DNA of 63,066 bases, filler included. It is 8 parts of 8 records of this genome, joined end to end, with 100 filler letters (N's around TTAATTAATTAA, not from the genome) between each part and the next. Parts side by side here need not be neighbours in the genome. Positions count along the whole stretch, not along the records: positions 7,101 to 18,317 come from SRR31156797_41978; positions 18,418 to 25,503 come from SRR31156797_42007; 6 more parts are not named here. The stretch is one strand, 5' to 3'. A program made the position numbers and the translations under genes. Of this stretch, positions 9,290 to 19,414 are shown piece after piece. How positions within the stretch are numbered: position 1 is the first letter of the stretch; each line of letters starts with the position of its first letter. Under the pieces are notes generated by a model. That model was given only the letters and a program-made list of their open reading frames with translations, searched no databases and had not been told where the DNA came from.

Positions 9290-10159
9290 TCAGCAGAGAG
9301 TCCTGCGCACGAACTCCGCCGACTTCGCCGCTTCCTCATCCAGATCGGCGCCGGGCATCAGATCCCGCCAGACGGCTATGTCCTTGCCCACCTGTCCTCC
9401 CGGACGGACAAAGGGCTCCATGACCAGGGGACCGTCAAAATGAATGGCGTCCAGGGCCCGTTTGATCTCGCCCCAGGGCATGCGCCCGCATCCGGGGGGC
9501 TTCCGGTTGGTCTCTCCCAGATGGAGGGACGAGAGATAGGGCCCCGCCAGCTTGATGGCCTCCTCGATGGAGTCCTCTTCGATGTTCATATGGAAGGTAT
9601 CCAGCAGGATACGGCACCAGGGGCTGTCCACCTCTTTCACATAGCGGACCGCCTCCTCGCAGGTATTGAGAAGGAACTGCTCGAAGCGGTTGATCACCTC
9701 GACGTTGAGGATGACCCCGCACTCCTCCGCCACAGGCAGCATCTCCCTCATGCTCTTAATGCTCTGATCCCATACGAGCTGTTTGCCCCGGACCCCTTCA
9801 GCAGGCGGCTTGGCAGGCCAGTAGCTGTGCACGGTTCCGCTGATCATCCTGCCGTCTATGGAACCCACGGCCCTGATGATATCCTTCATAAAGGCGACTC
9901 CCCGCCGACGGGTCTCCTCATCCAGAGAGGACACATTCATATCCTCCGTCAGGCCGATGCCGTAGGAGAGCTCTACTCCATGCCTGTCCGCCTCCTCTTT
10001 CAGGGCCTGTCTTTTCGCGTCTCCCATATTCAGGACGGCGGCGGCCTGAACCTCCAGCTGATCGAAGCCGAGTCTCTTCACCTTGCCCACATAGGGCAGG
10101 AAGTCGGCCTCCCAGGCCTCCTCCCAGAAGGCATAGTAGATTCCTATATTACGGCTCAT
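9290..10159 (-). CDS. Ketose 3-epimerase (D-psicose/D-tagatose 3-epimerase family)
   Basis: GIYYAFW, EVINRFE, LLDTFHMNIEE, HLGETNRKPPG, VMEPF, VWRDL. Confidence 0.9.
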   Translation of the reverse strand: MSRNIGIYYAFWEEAWEADFLPYVGKVKRLGFDQLEVQAAAVLNMGDAKRQALKEEADRHGVELSYGIGLTEDMNVSSLDEETRRRGVAFMKDIIRAVGSIDGRMISGTVHSYWPAKPPAEGVRGKQLVWDQSIKSMREMLPVAEECGVILNVEVINRFEQFLLNTCEEAVRYVKEVDSPWCRILLDTFHMNIEEDSIEEAIKLAGPYLSSLHLGETNRKPPGCGRMPWGEIKRALDAIHFDGPLVMEPFVRPGGQVGKDIAVWRDLMPGADLDEEAAKSAEFVRRTLC

Positions 10160-11697
10160 GGCTGCTCTCCTTCGAAAAACTTATTCTGGTAGCGGCTCAG
10201 CTCTCCGCTCAGCTCGGCATAGGGCTCGTACAGGGACTGATACTCCCGGAATACATGCTCGTACACCTCGCGTTGGGACGGATCGGGACCGTAATCCCTT
10301 TCAAACTGAATCAGAGTCGATGCGGATTCATAATCGGGGAAGAGTCCGGCCCCCACGGCCGCGGCGATGGCGGCACCCAGGCTGGTTGCCTGTTTGGGGG
10401 AAGCGGGGATCTTCACGGGCCGGCCGTAGATGCTGCTCATCATCCTGTTCCAGAAGGGCGACATGGCCCCGCCCCCCGAGAGGGCCAGCTCCTGCACCGA
10501 CAGCCCGTTCTCCTTGAAGACCTCAAGGACATCCCTCAAGGCCAGGGCGACTCCTTCGAAGACGGCGCGGATCATATCCTCCCGCCTGTGAATCAGCGAG
10601 AGGCCCAGGAATCCCCCCTTCAGGGCGGGATTCCAGTGGGGGGTCCGCTCGCCCATCATGTAGGGGATGAAGAAAACTCCGGAGGAGCCCGGAGGAGAGC
10701 TGTCTGCTCTCGCCTCCACCTCCCGGTAGGAGGGCGTCCCCTCCGCTCCCGCGGCGAGTTCCTTCACCATCCAGTCCAGGGCGATGCCGGCGCTCTGCAC
10801 GGTTCCGCAGACATTGATGTTTTTCCCGTCGATATCATAGAAATTCTGGATCCTGCGGCGGCTGTCCATAAGAGGTTCGGGCGAAAGCACGGAGATCCAT
10901 GAGCTGCTGCCTATATAGTTCTGGGCCGTAGAGTAATCGCTCACCCCCGCTCCTCTGGCAGAACAGGAGGCGTCTCCCCCTCCGGCGAAGACCGGAATCC
11001 CCTGGGTGAGCCCCAGAAGCTCCGAGGCCTCCCGGCTCAGCTCACCAACCCTGTCGTGAGAGCTCAGCAGCCCGGGCATCTTGTCGACCTCCAGAGAGCA
11101 GGCCTTCAGAATACGGTCGGACCAGCTCCTCTTTCTGAGATTCAGGGCGCATGTCAGAGACGCGTCGGAAAGGTCGGTAGTGCCGAAGCGGCCTGTCAGC
11201 CGTCCGGCGATATAGTCCTTGCTCTGGAGGAACCAGGCCGTCTTTTTATAAAGATCGGGGTGGCTGTCCCGGAACCAGAGCATCTTGGGCAGGGAGAGAT
11301 GGGAGTCTATGCGGTTTCCCGTGATCTCAAAGAACTCATCGTCCCCCACCTCCTTCCGTATCAGATCGCAGAACCCTGCGGAGCGGTTGTCCGAATGGAT
11401 GATCTCGGGAATAAGGGCGTTCCCCTCCCCGTCTACCGGCAGCATCCCGTTCATATGCCCGCTGAGCCCGATACAGCTGATGCGGTCGGTCAGCTCCGGG
11501 AAGCCCCGGACCAGCTCCCTCGTACCCCTGACGACGCTGGACCAGTAATCCTCCGCATTCTGCTGTGACCAGCCCGGCCGGGGATACTCGGTACCGTAGG
11601 GAACGGTTTCCGACGCCAGGGTCTTTCCCGCCCTGTCGAAGACGGTGCATTTGTTGCCTGTGGTGCCTATGTCGTAGGTGAGGATCAGCTCTCCCAT
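10156..11697 (-). CDS. FGGY-family sugar kinase (xylulokinase-like)
   Basis: DIGTTGNK, SGHMNG, DxSDAS, GGGD, PYMMGERTPHW, RAVFEGV, GGGAMS. Confidence 0.9.
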   Translation of the reverse strand: MGELILTYDIGTTGNKCTVFDRAGKTLASETVPYGTEYPRPGWSQQNAEDYWSSVVRGTRELVRGFPELTDRISCIGLSGHMNGMLPVDGEGNALIPEIIHSDNRSAGFCDLIRKEVGDDEFFEITGNRIDSHLSLPKMLWFRDSHPDLYKKTAWFLQSKDYIAGRLTGRFGTTDLSDASLTCALNLRKRSWSDRILKACSLEVDKMPGLLSSHDRVGELSREASELLGLTQGIPVFAGGGDASCSARGAGVSDYSTAQNYIGSSSWISVLSPEPLMDSRRRIQNFYDIDGKNINVCGTVQSAGIALDWMVKELAAGAEGTPSYREVEARADSSPPGSSGVFFIPYMMGERTPHWNPALKGGFLGLSLIHRREDMIRAVFEGVALALRDVLEVFKENGLSVQELALSGGGAMSPFWNRMMSSIYGRPVKIPASPKQATSLGAAIAAAVGAGLFPDYESASTLIQFERDYGPDPSQREVYEHVFREYQSLYEPYAELSGELSRYQNKFFEGEQP

Positions 11698-11700
11698 AGG

Positions 11701-12453
11701 CTAGATGCAGGTAAAGGCGCCGTCGACGACCAGATCCATACCCGTCGTAAAGGAGGACGCGTCATCAGCCATATAGAGAACGGCGCTGACCAGCTCCTCG
11801 GGGGTTCCCATCCGCCCGTAGGGCGAAAGATCCATCCAGCGGTCTTTCCACTCCTCGGGAGCCGATTTAGTCATCTCCGTACCGATGTAACCGGGGCTCA
11901 GGCTGTTGACCCTCACCTTGTAGGGAGCCCACTCGACGGCCAGGGATTTGGTCAGCATGATCACAGCCGCTTTGGAGGCGTTATAGGCGCACTGGGGCTG
12001 GGGGGTATTGACGATATGTCCTGACATGGAGGCCGTATTGATGATGGAACCTCCCTTCTGGGCGATCATGGCCCGGCCTGCGGCCTGGGCGGTGTAGAAC
12101 ACGCCGCTCAGATTAATGTCTATGACCTTTTTCCACTGTTCGGGAGTCATTTCTTCGGCGGGAACGTTGACGCAGATCCCCGCGTTATTGAAGGCTATAT
12201 CAAGGCGGCCCCAGTCGGCGACGATCTTGTCCACCATGGCCTGGCAGCTCTCGGGGCTAGTGACATCACAGGAAATGGCCATGGAACGGCGTCCCATAGC
12301 CTCGATCTCTTTAACAACGCCCTCCGCCGATGCCATATCGATATCGGCGATGGCCACGTCGGCCCCCGCCTTGGCCAGTCCCAGAGCGACGGCCTTTCCA
12401 ATGCCTCTGGCTCCGCCGGTCACATAGGCGGTCTTGTTCGTTAAATCACTCAT
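11701..12453 (-). CDS. SDR oxidoreductase (polyol dehydrogenase/ketose reductase-like)
   Basis: TGGARGIG, NNAG, SMSGHIVNTPQPQCAYNASK (YxxxK), PGYIGT. Confidence 0.9.
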   Translation of the reverse strand: MSDLTNKTAYVTGGARGIGKAVALGLAKAGADVAIADIDMASAEGVVKEIEAMGRRSMAISCDVTSPESCQAMVDKIVADWGRLDIAFNNAGICVNVPAEEMTPEQWKKVIDINLSGVFYTAQAAGRAMIAQKGGSIINTASMSGHIVNTPQPQCAYNASKAAVIMLTKSLAVEWAPYKVRVNSLSPGYIGTEMTKSAPEEWKDRWMDLSPYGRMGTPEELVSAVLYMADDASSFTTGMDLVVDGAFTCI

Positions 12454-12460
12454 AGATACT

Positions 12461-12585
12461 CCTTATGTCCTACAGAAGCTCCACCGGAGCTTCTGTGATT
12501 TATTCCCATAGGGCCGAAGGGCCTTATGTCCTGCCGAGGCTTCGCCGGAGCCTCGGTGATTTATTCCCATAGGGCCGAAGGGCCT
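12461..12585. repeat. Two tandem 61-bp units, each with a GC-rich hairpin (REP-like)
   Basis: CCTTATGTCCT-hairpin-GATTTATTCCCATAGGGCCGAAGGG starting at 12461 and 12522; differences confined to the hairpin. Confidence 0.85.
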
Positions 12586-12621
12586 GTTCTTTATTTTTTA
12601 ATCTGTTCGAAACGAGATGAC

Positions 12622-13632
12622 TCAGCAGGAGTCACGTATAACGAGGTTTGTGGGAATCCGGTACTCCCCATAGGGTCTCTCGTCCCCCGAGATGCGCGCC
12701 AGAAGGGTCCTGGCGACCCTCTGTCCAATGGAGAACTTGTTCTGATTGACCGCCGTAACCTTCGGTTCCGCCATGGTCAGCCAGAAGGGATCGTCAAAGG
12801 TAACGACGCCGATATCCTCGGGGATGGAGTAACGGCTTTCGGACAGGTAATTGATAACCCCCACCGCAGACAGAACGTTTCCGCAGAAGAACGAGTCCAC
12901 GTCCATATTCTCCACCAGATCCCGGGTCTGATTGTAGAACTCGCCGACCCGCAGCTCGTTCATGCTCCTGGGTATGCCGCTTCCCGTCCGGATAAGGTCC
13001 TCATCCACGGTCAATCCGTTCTTCAAGAGGGCATCTCTGAAACCGTCTTCCCGTTCCCCCATGGTTTCGTCGTAACGGGATCCCAGAAACGCCGGCCGCC
13101 TGTATCCGCTTTTGATAAGCAGTTCCGTGCCTCCGGCGGCCCCTTCCCTGTTGGTGGACATGATCACATCCCTGTCAAAACCGAGGGGAGCCCTGTCGAA
13201 GAAGACACAGGGGCACTGGTCGCCGATGAGATCCTGCATATAGCTGCAGTCCTGCCCCACGGGAGCGATGATCAGGCCGTCCACATTCTGCATGACAAGG
13301 CTTCTGAGATTCTCCTTCTCCTTGTCCGGATCCTCGTTCGAATTGATATAGATAAGATGGTACCCCTGCTCGCTCAGAGTCTCGTCTATACTCAAAGCGA
13401 TATCCGTATAGAAATAGTTGGCCAGGTTGGAAACCACATACCCTATCATCCGCGAGCTGCCGCTGCGCAGATTGCGGGCCACCGGATTCACCTTGTACTT
13501 GAGATCGCTTATGGCCTTGAGAACCTTCTCCCTTGTTTCGGGATTGACATTCCTCGTCTGATTGATAACATGGGAGACCGTAGCCGTAGATACATTGGCC
13601 AGTCTTGCCACATCCTTCATGGAAGCTCCCAT
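12622..13632 (-). CDS. LacI-family transcriptional regulator
   Basis: SMKDVARLANVSTATVSHVIN HTH, YKVNPVARNL hinge, IPEDIGVVTFD. Confidence 0.95.
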   Translation of the reverse strand: MGASMKDVARLANVSTATVSHVINQTRNVNPETREKVLKAISDLKYKVNPVARNLRSGSSRMIGYVVSNLANYFYTDIALSIDETLSEQGYHLIYINSNEDPDKEKENLRSLVMQNVDGLIIAPVGQDCSYMQDLIGDQCPCVFFDRAPLGFDRDVIMSTNREGAAGGTELLIKSGYRRPAFLGSRYDETMGEREDGFRDALLKNGLTVDEDLIRTGSGIPRSMNELRVGEFYNQTRDLVENMDVDSFFCGNVLSAVGVINYLSESRYSIPEDIGVVTFDDPFWLTMAEPKVTAVNQNKFSIGQRVARTLLARISGDERPYGEYRIPTNLVIRDSC

Positions 13633-13654
13633 AGCGTTCCGTCCCCCTCTGCAC

Positions 13655-13770
13655 GTAATCGATTAACTATTTCAGAATACAACAGGCTTCTGCCAGCGTC
13701 AAGGAAAAGAAAGGAAACATTTTCCCCTCTCCTCTTTCAATACAGGAAAACATAAATGTAATCGTTTACG
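13655..13770. promoter_or_regulatory. LacI-type operator copies upstream of the regulator
   Basis: GTAATCGATTAA (13655-13666) and TGTAATCGTTTACG (13757-13770), CG-centred imperfect palindromes matching the copy at 14002. Confidence 0.6.
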
Positions 13771-13963
13771 CAATCGTTTCTATCTTGCGGATCTATGTAT
13801 TTGTTTATTTTTAACAGGAAATATTCAAACGGATATCTTAGAATATAACGGAGTGGGGAAATTCAATAGGCAAGCTCTAAAGGGATCATATTAATTAACT
13901 GAGAGATTCGGACCTCGCCTGTCCCGACCCGGGAAGACGAGTATATCGCTAAACTTTTATTCA

Positions 13964-14015
13964 TTGACAGCTGGATTTTTCAATGCTAGCATTTGTATAC
14001 AGTTAATCGTTTACG
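13964..14015 (+). promoter_or_regulatory. sigma70 promoter plus LacI-type operator for the ABC operon
   Basis: TTGACA (13964-13969), 17 bp, TAGCAT (13987-13992) preceded by TGn; GTTAATCGTTTACG at 14002-14015. Confidence 0.7.
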
Positions 14016-14123
14016 CAAAGGATTAACTACAGACTTCATTATAAGATAACAGTTAAAAAGAGAATTGTTTGTTCAGGTATCAATTTGGCGTAGCCAAGTT
14101 AATTTTTAATGAAGGAGGATTCC

Positions 14124-15500
14124 ATGAAAAGGAATCAAAAAGTCATCTCAATGCTGCTGGCGCTTCTGATGCTCAGCACCGGATTTCTGTTTGCCGGCGG
14201 CCAACAGGAAGAGGCCGCATCCGAAGGCGGAACCGTGGTTGTCAACATAGCTCTTCCCAACAACCCCATCAACCAGGCTCTGGAAAAAATCGCCAGGGAA
14301 AACTACATGGCCGAAGGCGTTGATATTCAGATCGCCGTTCTTCCCGAGAACGACCTGAGACAGAAGCTGACCACCGAAGCCTCCACCGGCGGCGATACCT
14401 ATGACATCTTCGTCATAGGCCCCTACGAAGCCACCAACTGGGCCAAATTCGGCTGGCTGGAAAACCTGGAACCCTACTTCGACAAGCTCAGCTCCGATAA
14501 GGCGGCATGGTATGACAAGGACGACCTGATTCAGGGAATGGTAGGTTCCCTTTCGCTGGACGGAGACGCGTACGCCCTCCCCTTCTACGGCGAAAGCTCC
14601 TTCATTATGTACAACAAGGAACTCTTCGCGGCCAAGGGCCTGACCATGCCCGATGAACCCTCATGGGACGAGATCTATGAGCTGGCTAAGAAAATCCACG
14701 ATCCCGCCAACGGAATCGTCGGTATGACCATGCGCGGCGCCCCCGGCTGGGGAATGAGCGGCGCTCCCTTCGTAACCATGGTGAACGCCTTCGGCGGAAG
14801 ATTCTACGACATGGACTGGAACGCCACCGTCGACACTCCCGAGCAGAGAGGTGCATGGCAGATGTACAAGAAGATCCTCCGGGAAGCCGGCCAGGAAGAC
14901 ATCCTCTCCTACACCTATAATGAGTGCATCGCCCTGATGCAGTCCGGAAAGTGCGGTATCTACTACGACGCGACCTCCATCGCTCCTCCCCTCGAGTCCG
15001 ACGGCTCCGCCGTGCAGGGCAAGATGGGCTACGTAATGCCTCCCCACCAGAAGATGAAAACTAACACCGCATGGCTGTGGAACTGGGCCATGGGCCTGAA
15101 CCCCAAGAGCTCCAAGGCCAAGAAACAGGCTGCCTTCGACTTCATGCTCTGGGCCACCTCCAAGGATTACATCAAGATGACCACCGAAATGGATCCCTCC
15201 GGCGCCCTGACTCCCCCCGCTTCCCGCTCGTCCACCTACAGGCTGGAAGCCTACAAGTCGGCTCCCTACGCCGAGATGACCCTGAAGACCCTGGAATCCA
15301 CCGATTTCACCAAGCCGACCATGGAACCCGTTCCCTACGTCGGCCTGCAGTACATCGCCATCCCCGAGTTCGCCGATGCCGGAACCAAGATGACCCAGTA
15401 TCTGGCCGACTACGTGGTTGACAAGATCTCCCTGGACGAGGCCATCGCCAAGACCCAGGATGTATTTGATCAGGTCGCCGTAGACGGTGACTATCGCTAA
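14124..15500 (+). CDS. Sugar/polyol ABC transporter substrate-binding protein (SmoE/MtlE-like)
   Basis: Start after GGAGG; spirochaete-style signal ..LFAGGQQE; LPENDLRQK, YALPFYGESS, MRGAPGWG, PVPYVGLQYIAIPEF. Confidence 0.9.
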   Translation: MKRNQKVISMLLALLMLSTGFLFAGGQQEEAASEGGTVVVNIALPNNPINQALEKIARENYMAEGVDIQIAVLPENDLRQKLTTEASTGGDTYDIFVIGPYEATNWAKFGWLENLEPYFDKLSSDKAAWYDKDDLIQGMVGSLSLDGDAYALPFYGESSFIMYNKELFAAKGLTMPDEPSWDEIYELAKKIHDPANGIVGMTMRGAPGWGMSGAPFVTMVNAFGGRFYDMDWNATVDTPEQRGAWQMYKKILREAGQEDILSYTYNECIALMQSGKCGIYYDATSIAPPLESDGSAVQGKMGYVMPPHQKMKTNTAWLWNWAMGLNPKSSKAKKQAAFDFMLWATSKDYIKMTTEMDPSGALTPPASRSSTYRLEAYKSAPYAEMTLKTLESTDFTKPTMEPVPYVGLQYIAIPEFADAGTKMTQYLADYVVDKISLDEAIAKTQDVFDQVAVDGDYR

Positions 15501-15524
15501 GACAAACCTCCTTTAAGTGATCCT

Positions 15525-15556
15525 ATCCGGGCGGTCCATCACCGCCCGGATTTTTT
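15525..15556 (+). terminator. Stem-loop with U-tract after the SBP gene
   Basis: ATCCGGGCGGT-ccatc-ACCGCCCGGAT-TTTTT. Confidence 0.75.
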
Positions 15557-15638
15557 AAATGCGTTATTTTACATTTTGATTTAAAATACTGAATACCCGA
15601 TACTTATTTGTAATAAACCAGTTATTAAGGAATACCCT

Positions 15639-16526
15639 ATGAAAAAGGAAAAAGACTGGCTGTTCCTTCTCCCCGCCGTAGTGGTGGTAGCAGTCATGAC
15701 TCAGGTTCCCTTTCTACTGACCATTATCTATTCGACGCTGAAATGGAACCTGTCCCGTCCCGACCTTGGAATCAAATTCAACGGGCTGAAAAACTATGCG
15801 TACTTCCTGAAGATTGCGGATATCACCCAGCTCCCCGAATTTTACAGCATATTCTGGCAGACCGTCGTTCTGACCCTGTCTACCCTGGTCATCTGCGCGG
15901 CCCTGGGTTTTCTCTTCTCCATCCTTCTGGACCATCAGGTCCCCGGAATCAATATCGCCCGGACCCTGATCATGGGCCCCTTCTTCGTCATGTCCACGGC
16001 CAGCGGCGTCATCTGGAAGACCACCATACTCAACACCACCTTCGGATGGTACGGGGTCATCATGAAGGCCCTCGGCTTCACCCCCGTGGACCTTCTGAGC
16101 TACAGGCCCCTGCTCGTGATCATCGTCCTCTTCTCCTGGCAGTGGATCCCCTTCTTCGTCCTGATCATCCTGGCGGGGCTGCAGGGGATCTCCCGGGATG
16201 TGGAAGACAGCATGAGGGTGGACGGGGCCAACTGGTTCCAGGCCACCTTCAAGATAAAGCTCCCCATGATCTCCCAGCATATGATGGTCGCCATCATGCT
16301 CGGCCTGATCTTTATCGTCAAAGAGATCGGGCTCATCCTGGTCACTACGGCGGGAGGTCCCGGAACCCGTTCCTACAACCTCCCCTACGCGGTGTATATG
16401 GAGATCTTCAACGGATCCCAGGTAGGACGGGCCGGCGCCCTTGCGGCCATGACCGTCATCATCACGCTGCTCGCCGTCAATCTGCTCTACAGGATCATCA
16501 AGAAGAGCAACGCGGCCTACGAGTGA
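15639..16526 (+). CDS. Carbohydrate ABC transporter permease (MalF-like)
   Basis: Six TMs, WQWIPF, EAA-like loop SMRVDGANWFQ, TAGGPG. Confidence 0.92.
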   Translation: MKKEKDWLFLLPAVVVVAVMTQVPFLLTIIYSTLKWNLSRPDLGIKFNGLKNYAYFLKIADITQLPEFYSIFWQTVVLTLSTLVICAALGFLFSILLDHQVPGINIARTLIMGPFFVMSTASGVIWKTTILNTTFGWYGVIMKALGFTPVDLLSYRPLLVIIVLFSWQWIPFFVLIILAGLQGISRDVEDSMRVDGANWFQATFKIKLPMISQHMMVAIMLGLIFIVKEIGLILVTTAGGPGTRSYNLPYAVYMEIFNGSQVGRAGALAAMTVIITLLAVNLLYRIIKKSNAAYE

Positions 16527-16541
16527 GGAAGGATTAAGAAA

Positions 16542-17399
16542 ATGAGTAATATGACAATAGAACAGAGACACCGCATGAAAAAGCGGATCCAGATGACCGT
16601 CCTGACCGTCGTCATCTTCGCCATTGCGATCTTCTACTTCTCTCCCATCCTGTATATGTTCCTCTCGGCCTTCAAGACCGAGCATCAGGCGGTCATGCCC
16701 AAGCTGTTCTTCAAACCGACCCTGGAGACCATCAGGAAAGTCGTCAGCGACCCCAATATGTTCGGCTATCTGCAGAACTCGCTCTTCCAGGTCTTCTTCA
16801 CGACCCTGTTCTGCCTGGCCCTTGCCATCCCGGCCTCCTTCGTCCTGGTCTTCGGGAAGTTCAGGAAGAGGGATACGGGGGAGAAGTTCTACGTCTGGTT
16901 TATCACCACCATCCTTCTTCCGCCGGTAGCGGTCATCATTCCCCTGTACACCTGGTATCAGAAGTTCAACCTGATAAAGTCGCCTGTCGGTCTACTGATA
17001 GCCTATATAGGCTTCCACGTTCCCATCGTGGTCTGGATGCTCCACTCCTTCTTCACGGATGTGCCCAAGTCCATCATAGAAGCCTCCGAGATAGACGGAT
17101 GCTCCCGCTTCCGCCAGCTCGTATCCATCGCCCTGCCCCTGGTCAGGACGGGAATCATATCCTCGGGCCTTCTGGTAGCCATCTTCGTATGGAACGAGTT
17201 CTTCCTGGCCTTCAACCTGACGGGTAACGACACGGCGACCCTTCCCGTTTACATGGCCCGGTTCAGGGAACAGCAGGGCATGTTCGTCGCCCAGCTCTCG
17301 GCATCCTCCACGGTCGCCGTCCTGCCGGCCGTCCTTCTGGGATGGATCACCCAGAAATCCCTGGTAAGGGGGCTCACCCTGGGAGCCGTAAAGGGCTGA
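16542..17399 (+). CDS. Carbohydrate ABC transporter permease (MalG-like)
   Basis: VPKSIIEASEIDGCS EAA loop, WNEF, LVRGLTLGAVKG. Confidence 0.93.
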   Translation: MSNMTIEQRHRMKKRIQMTVLTVVIFAIAIFYFSPILYMFLSAFKTEHQAVMPKLFFKPTLETIRKVVSDPNMFGYLQNSLFQVFFTTLFCLALAIPASFVLVFGKFRKRDTGEKFYVWFITTILLPPVAVIIPLYTWYQKFNLIKSPVGLLIAYIGFHVPIVVWMLHSFFTDVPKSIIEASEIDGCSRFRQLVSIALPLVRTGIISSGLLVAIFVWNEFFLAFNLTGNDTATLPVYMARFREQQGMFVAQLSASSTVAVLPAVLLGWITQKSLVRGLTLGAVKG

Positions 17400-17422
17400 T
17401 AGAGCGAATCCTTTGCAATCGG

Positions 17423-17457
17423 AACACCGGTGCCATTCAGGACGCCGGTGTTTTTTT
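17423..17457 (+). terminator. Intrinsic terminator closing the ABC operon
   Basis: AACACCGGTG..CGCCGGTGTT followed by a T run. Confidence 0.75.
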
Positions 17458-17625
17458 GCCAGAAAAACAAGGATGTTATGAAACTTTTCGGGCCCCCCGG
17501 ACTCTTAGTAGTAAATACCGGAAGGGGATCTTCAAGGAATCTACAGGCGGCTTCGCTTTATTCTGAAACCCAAAGCGTGCTATATTCGTCGCATCCTCCG
17601 GGATAAGTTTTTAAAAAGGTTAACC

Positions 17626-18317
17626 ATGAAATATCTTATATATACGTTGCTGATATCCGTTGTCCTGCTGGGATCCTGTACCATGAAAAACAATGTTCTC
17701 CTCGAAAAGGACGGCTCAGGCGAATTGAGCTTTGAGCTGGACATGGCCCCCTATCTGGGCGAGGTGATAGAGCAGGTACGGACCCTGATGGACGGAGAGG
17801 TCCCCGAAACGGGAGAGAGCTTCTTCGATCTCGAGGCTATCAGAGAGGGCTTCGCATCCAATGAAGACGTAGAACTGAAAACCCTGGAATCTCCCGATGA
17901 TCTGAGCCTGCGCGGCTCCTTCAGCTTCGATACGGTGGAGAGCATGCTCCAGAAGATGGACGAGGGATCGGCCGGAGAGAAGATGATCACATTCTCCCGC
18001 AGCGGAGGGGTTTCCCGGATGGAGCTTGTGCTCAACAGGGAGACGGTGAGCAGCCTGCTGGCCGAGAACGAGGCCTTTGACAATCCCCTGATAGAGAGCT
18101 TCGGCCCCGCTTCGACCGAGGGGATGAGCCGGAGCGACTACCTGGACATGATGGAGTTCGCCATGGGCGAAGAGAGCCGTATGGGCATCAGCGAATCCCG
18201 CCTCTCCGTTAACGTCCGGACAGCGGGTACGGTCACCGGGCAGAAGGGGGGCACCCGGACAGGCGACGACAGCGTACGCTTCGACATCCCCCTGCTCGAC
18301 CTTCTGATGCTGGAAAA
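17626..18317 (+). CDS. Hypothetical lipoprotein, 3'-truncated
   Basis: LLGSC lipobox, DGSG motif; coding-like ORF cut by the spacer. Confidence 0.7.
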
Positions 18318-18417
18318 NNNNNNNNNNNNNNNNNNNNNNNNNNNNNNNNNNNNNNNNNNNNTTAATTAATTAANNNNNNNNNNNNNNNNNNNNNNNNNNN
18401 NNNNNNNNNNNNNNNNN
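18318..18417. other. Artificial contig spacer
   Basis: N44-TTAATTAATTAA-N44. Confidence 0.98.
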
Positions 18418-19414
18418 TCAGGTTCTGAACCTCCAACTCCAACGCCTCGGCATAAGTACAACCAAACATGTCCTGCATTCCTATGTTCACATCGGCGATG
18501 TTCCCGGTTTTTGCATTGATCAGAAAAATTGCATCGGTTGGAGTATTGAAAATTTCCCGGTATCGCTGTTCACTTTCAACAAGAGCAGCAGTAGCCTGTC
18601 GTCGCTGCTTGATTTCATCTTTTAATGCCACATTTTTCTGGGCAGAATCGGCGAGCTGTTTTTTTACCGCATCCTGCATCAACATAAAATTCCGGGTGAG
18701 TTCTCCTACTTCATCATTTCTTTCATCCTTGAGTTCTATCTGCAGATCACCCTCGGCAATAGCTCTCGATGCCCTGGAAAGTTTGATGATAGGGTTGATA
18801 ACGTGGTAAAGCAGCAGGGAAATCACAGCCAGAACCAGTGCACAAATAAAAATAAGCAGACCGCTGATCTCTCTTTTAAACTGAACGACTTCCCGATATT
18901 TGTATTCCTTGGGAACAGTAAACAGGACAACCCACTCCCATGGCGAAAAGGTCCGAAAGACGCACCATTTTTCCTCGCCGTCCCGGTATACATAATCCAG
19001 CGAACCATTTTCCATTGAAATAGCTTTGCGGATCACCTCCTCCCCTGCCACTGACACATCTCCAACAGGGAGGGTGGGATGAAGAACAATCCTGCCACGA
19101 TAATCAACAATAACGAGATAGTCAGGCAATTGATTGGTGTGGTAATAGATTGATCGTAATGATTGCAGGGCCATCTCCTGGAAGCCTTGTTTATAGGCCT
19201 CCACTATCCCGGTCTTAAACAGTTTCTCTTCATTCAACTCCAACATGTTGATGACAGCTGTCAACTTTTCCGAATAGATCAATTGCTGTTCCTGGTCAAT
19301 AATTTCAACCAGTTTCTTTTCGCTGAAATACAAAACAATTAATGCGGCGAGCAAAAAGGCTATTGCAATAACGCTCAACAAGCGAAACAAAAGAGATTGA
19401 GGTATTTTCATCAT
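18418..19414 (-). CDS. Membrane sensor (Cache-HAMP-PAS, probably histidine kinase), 3'-truncated
   Basis: TM, GRIVLHP..FSPWEWVV Cache-like region, TM, HAMP (PIIKL..GDL..DEVGEL), ESEQRYREIF PAS start. Confidence 0.82.

Noticed and set aside
12461-12585. Mini CRISPR array
   Set aside because: Only two units, the putative spacers are homologous hairpins, and no cas genes are present.
8077-13755. Long plus-strand ORFs (324, 306, 215, 409 aa) opposite the sugar genes
   Set aside because: Antisense shadows of well-supported genes in GC-rich DNA with no motifs; the same applies to most overlapping ORFs in 27561-34091 and 47554-57605.
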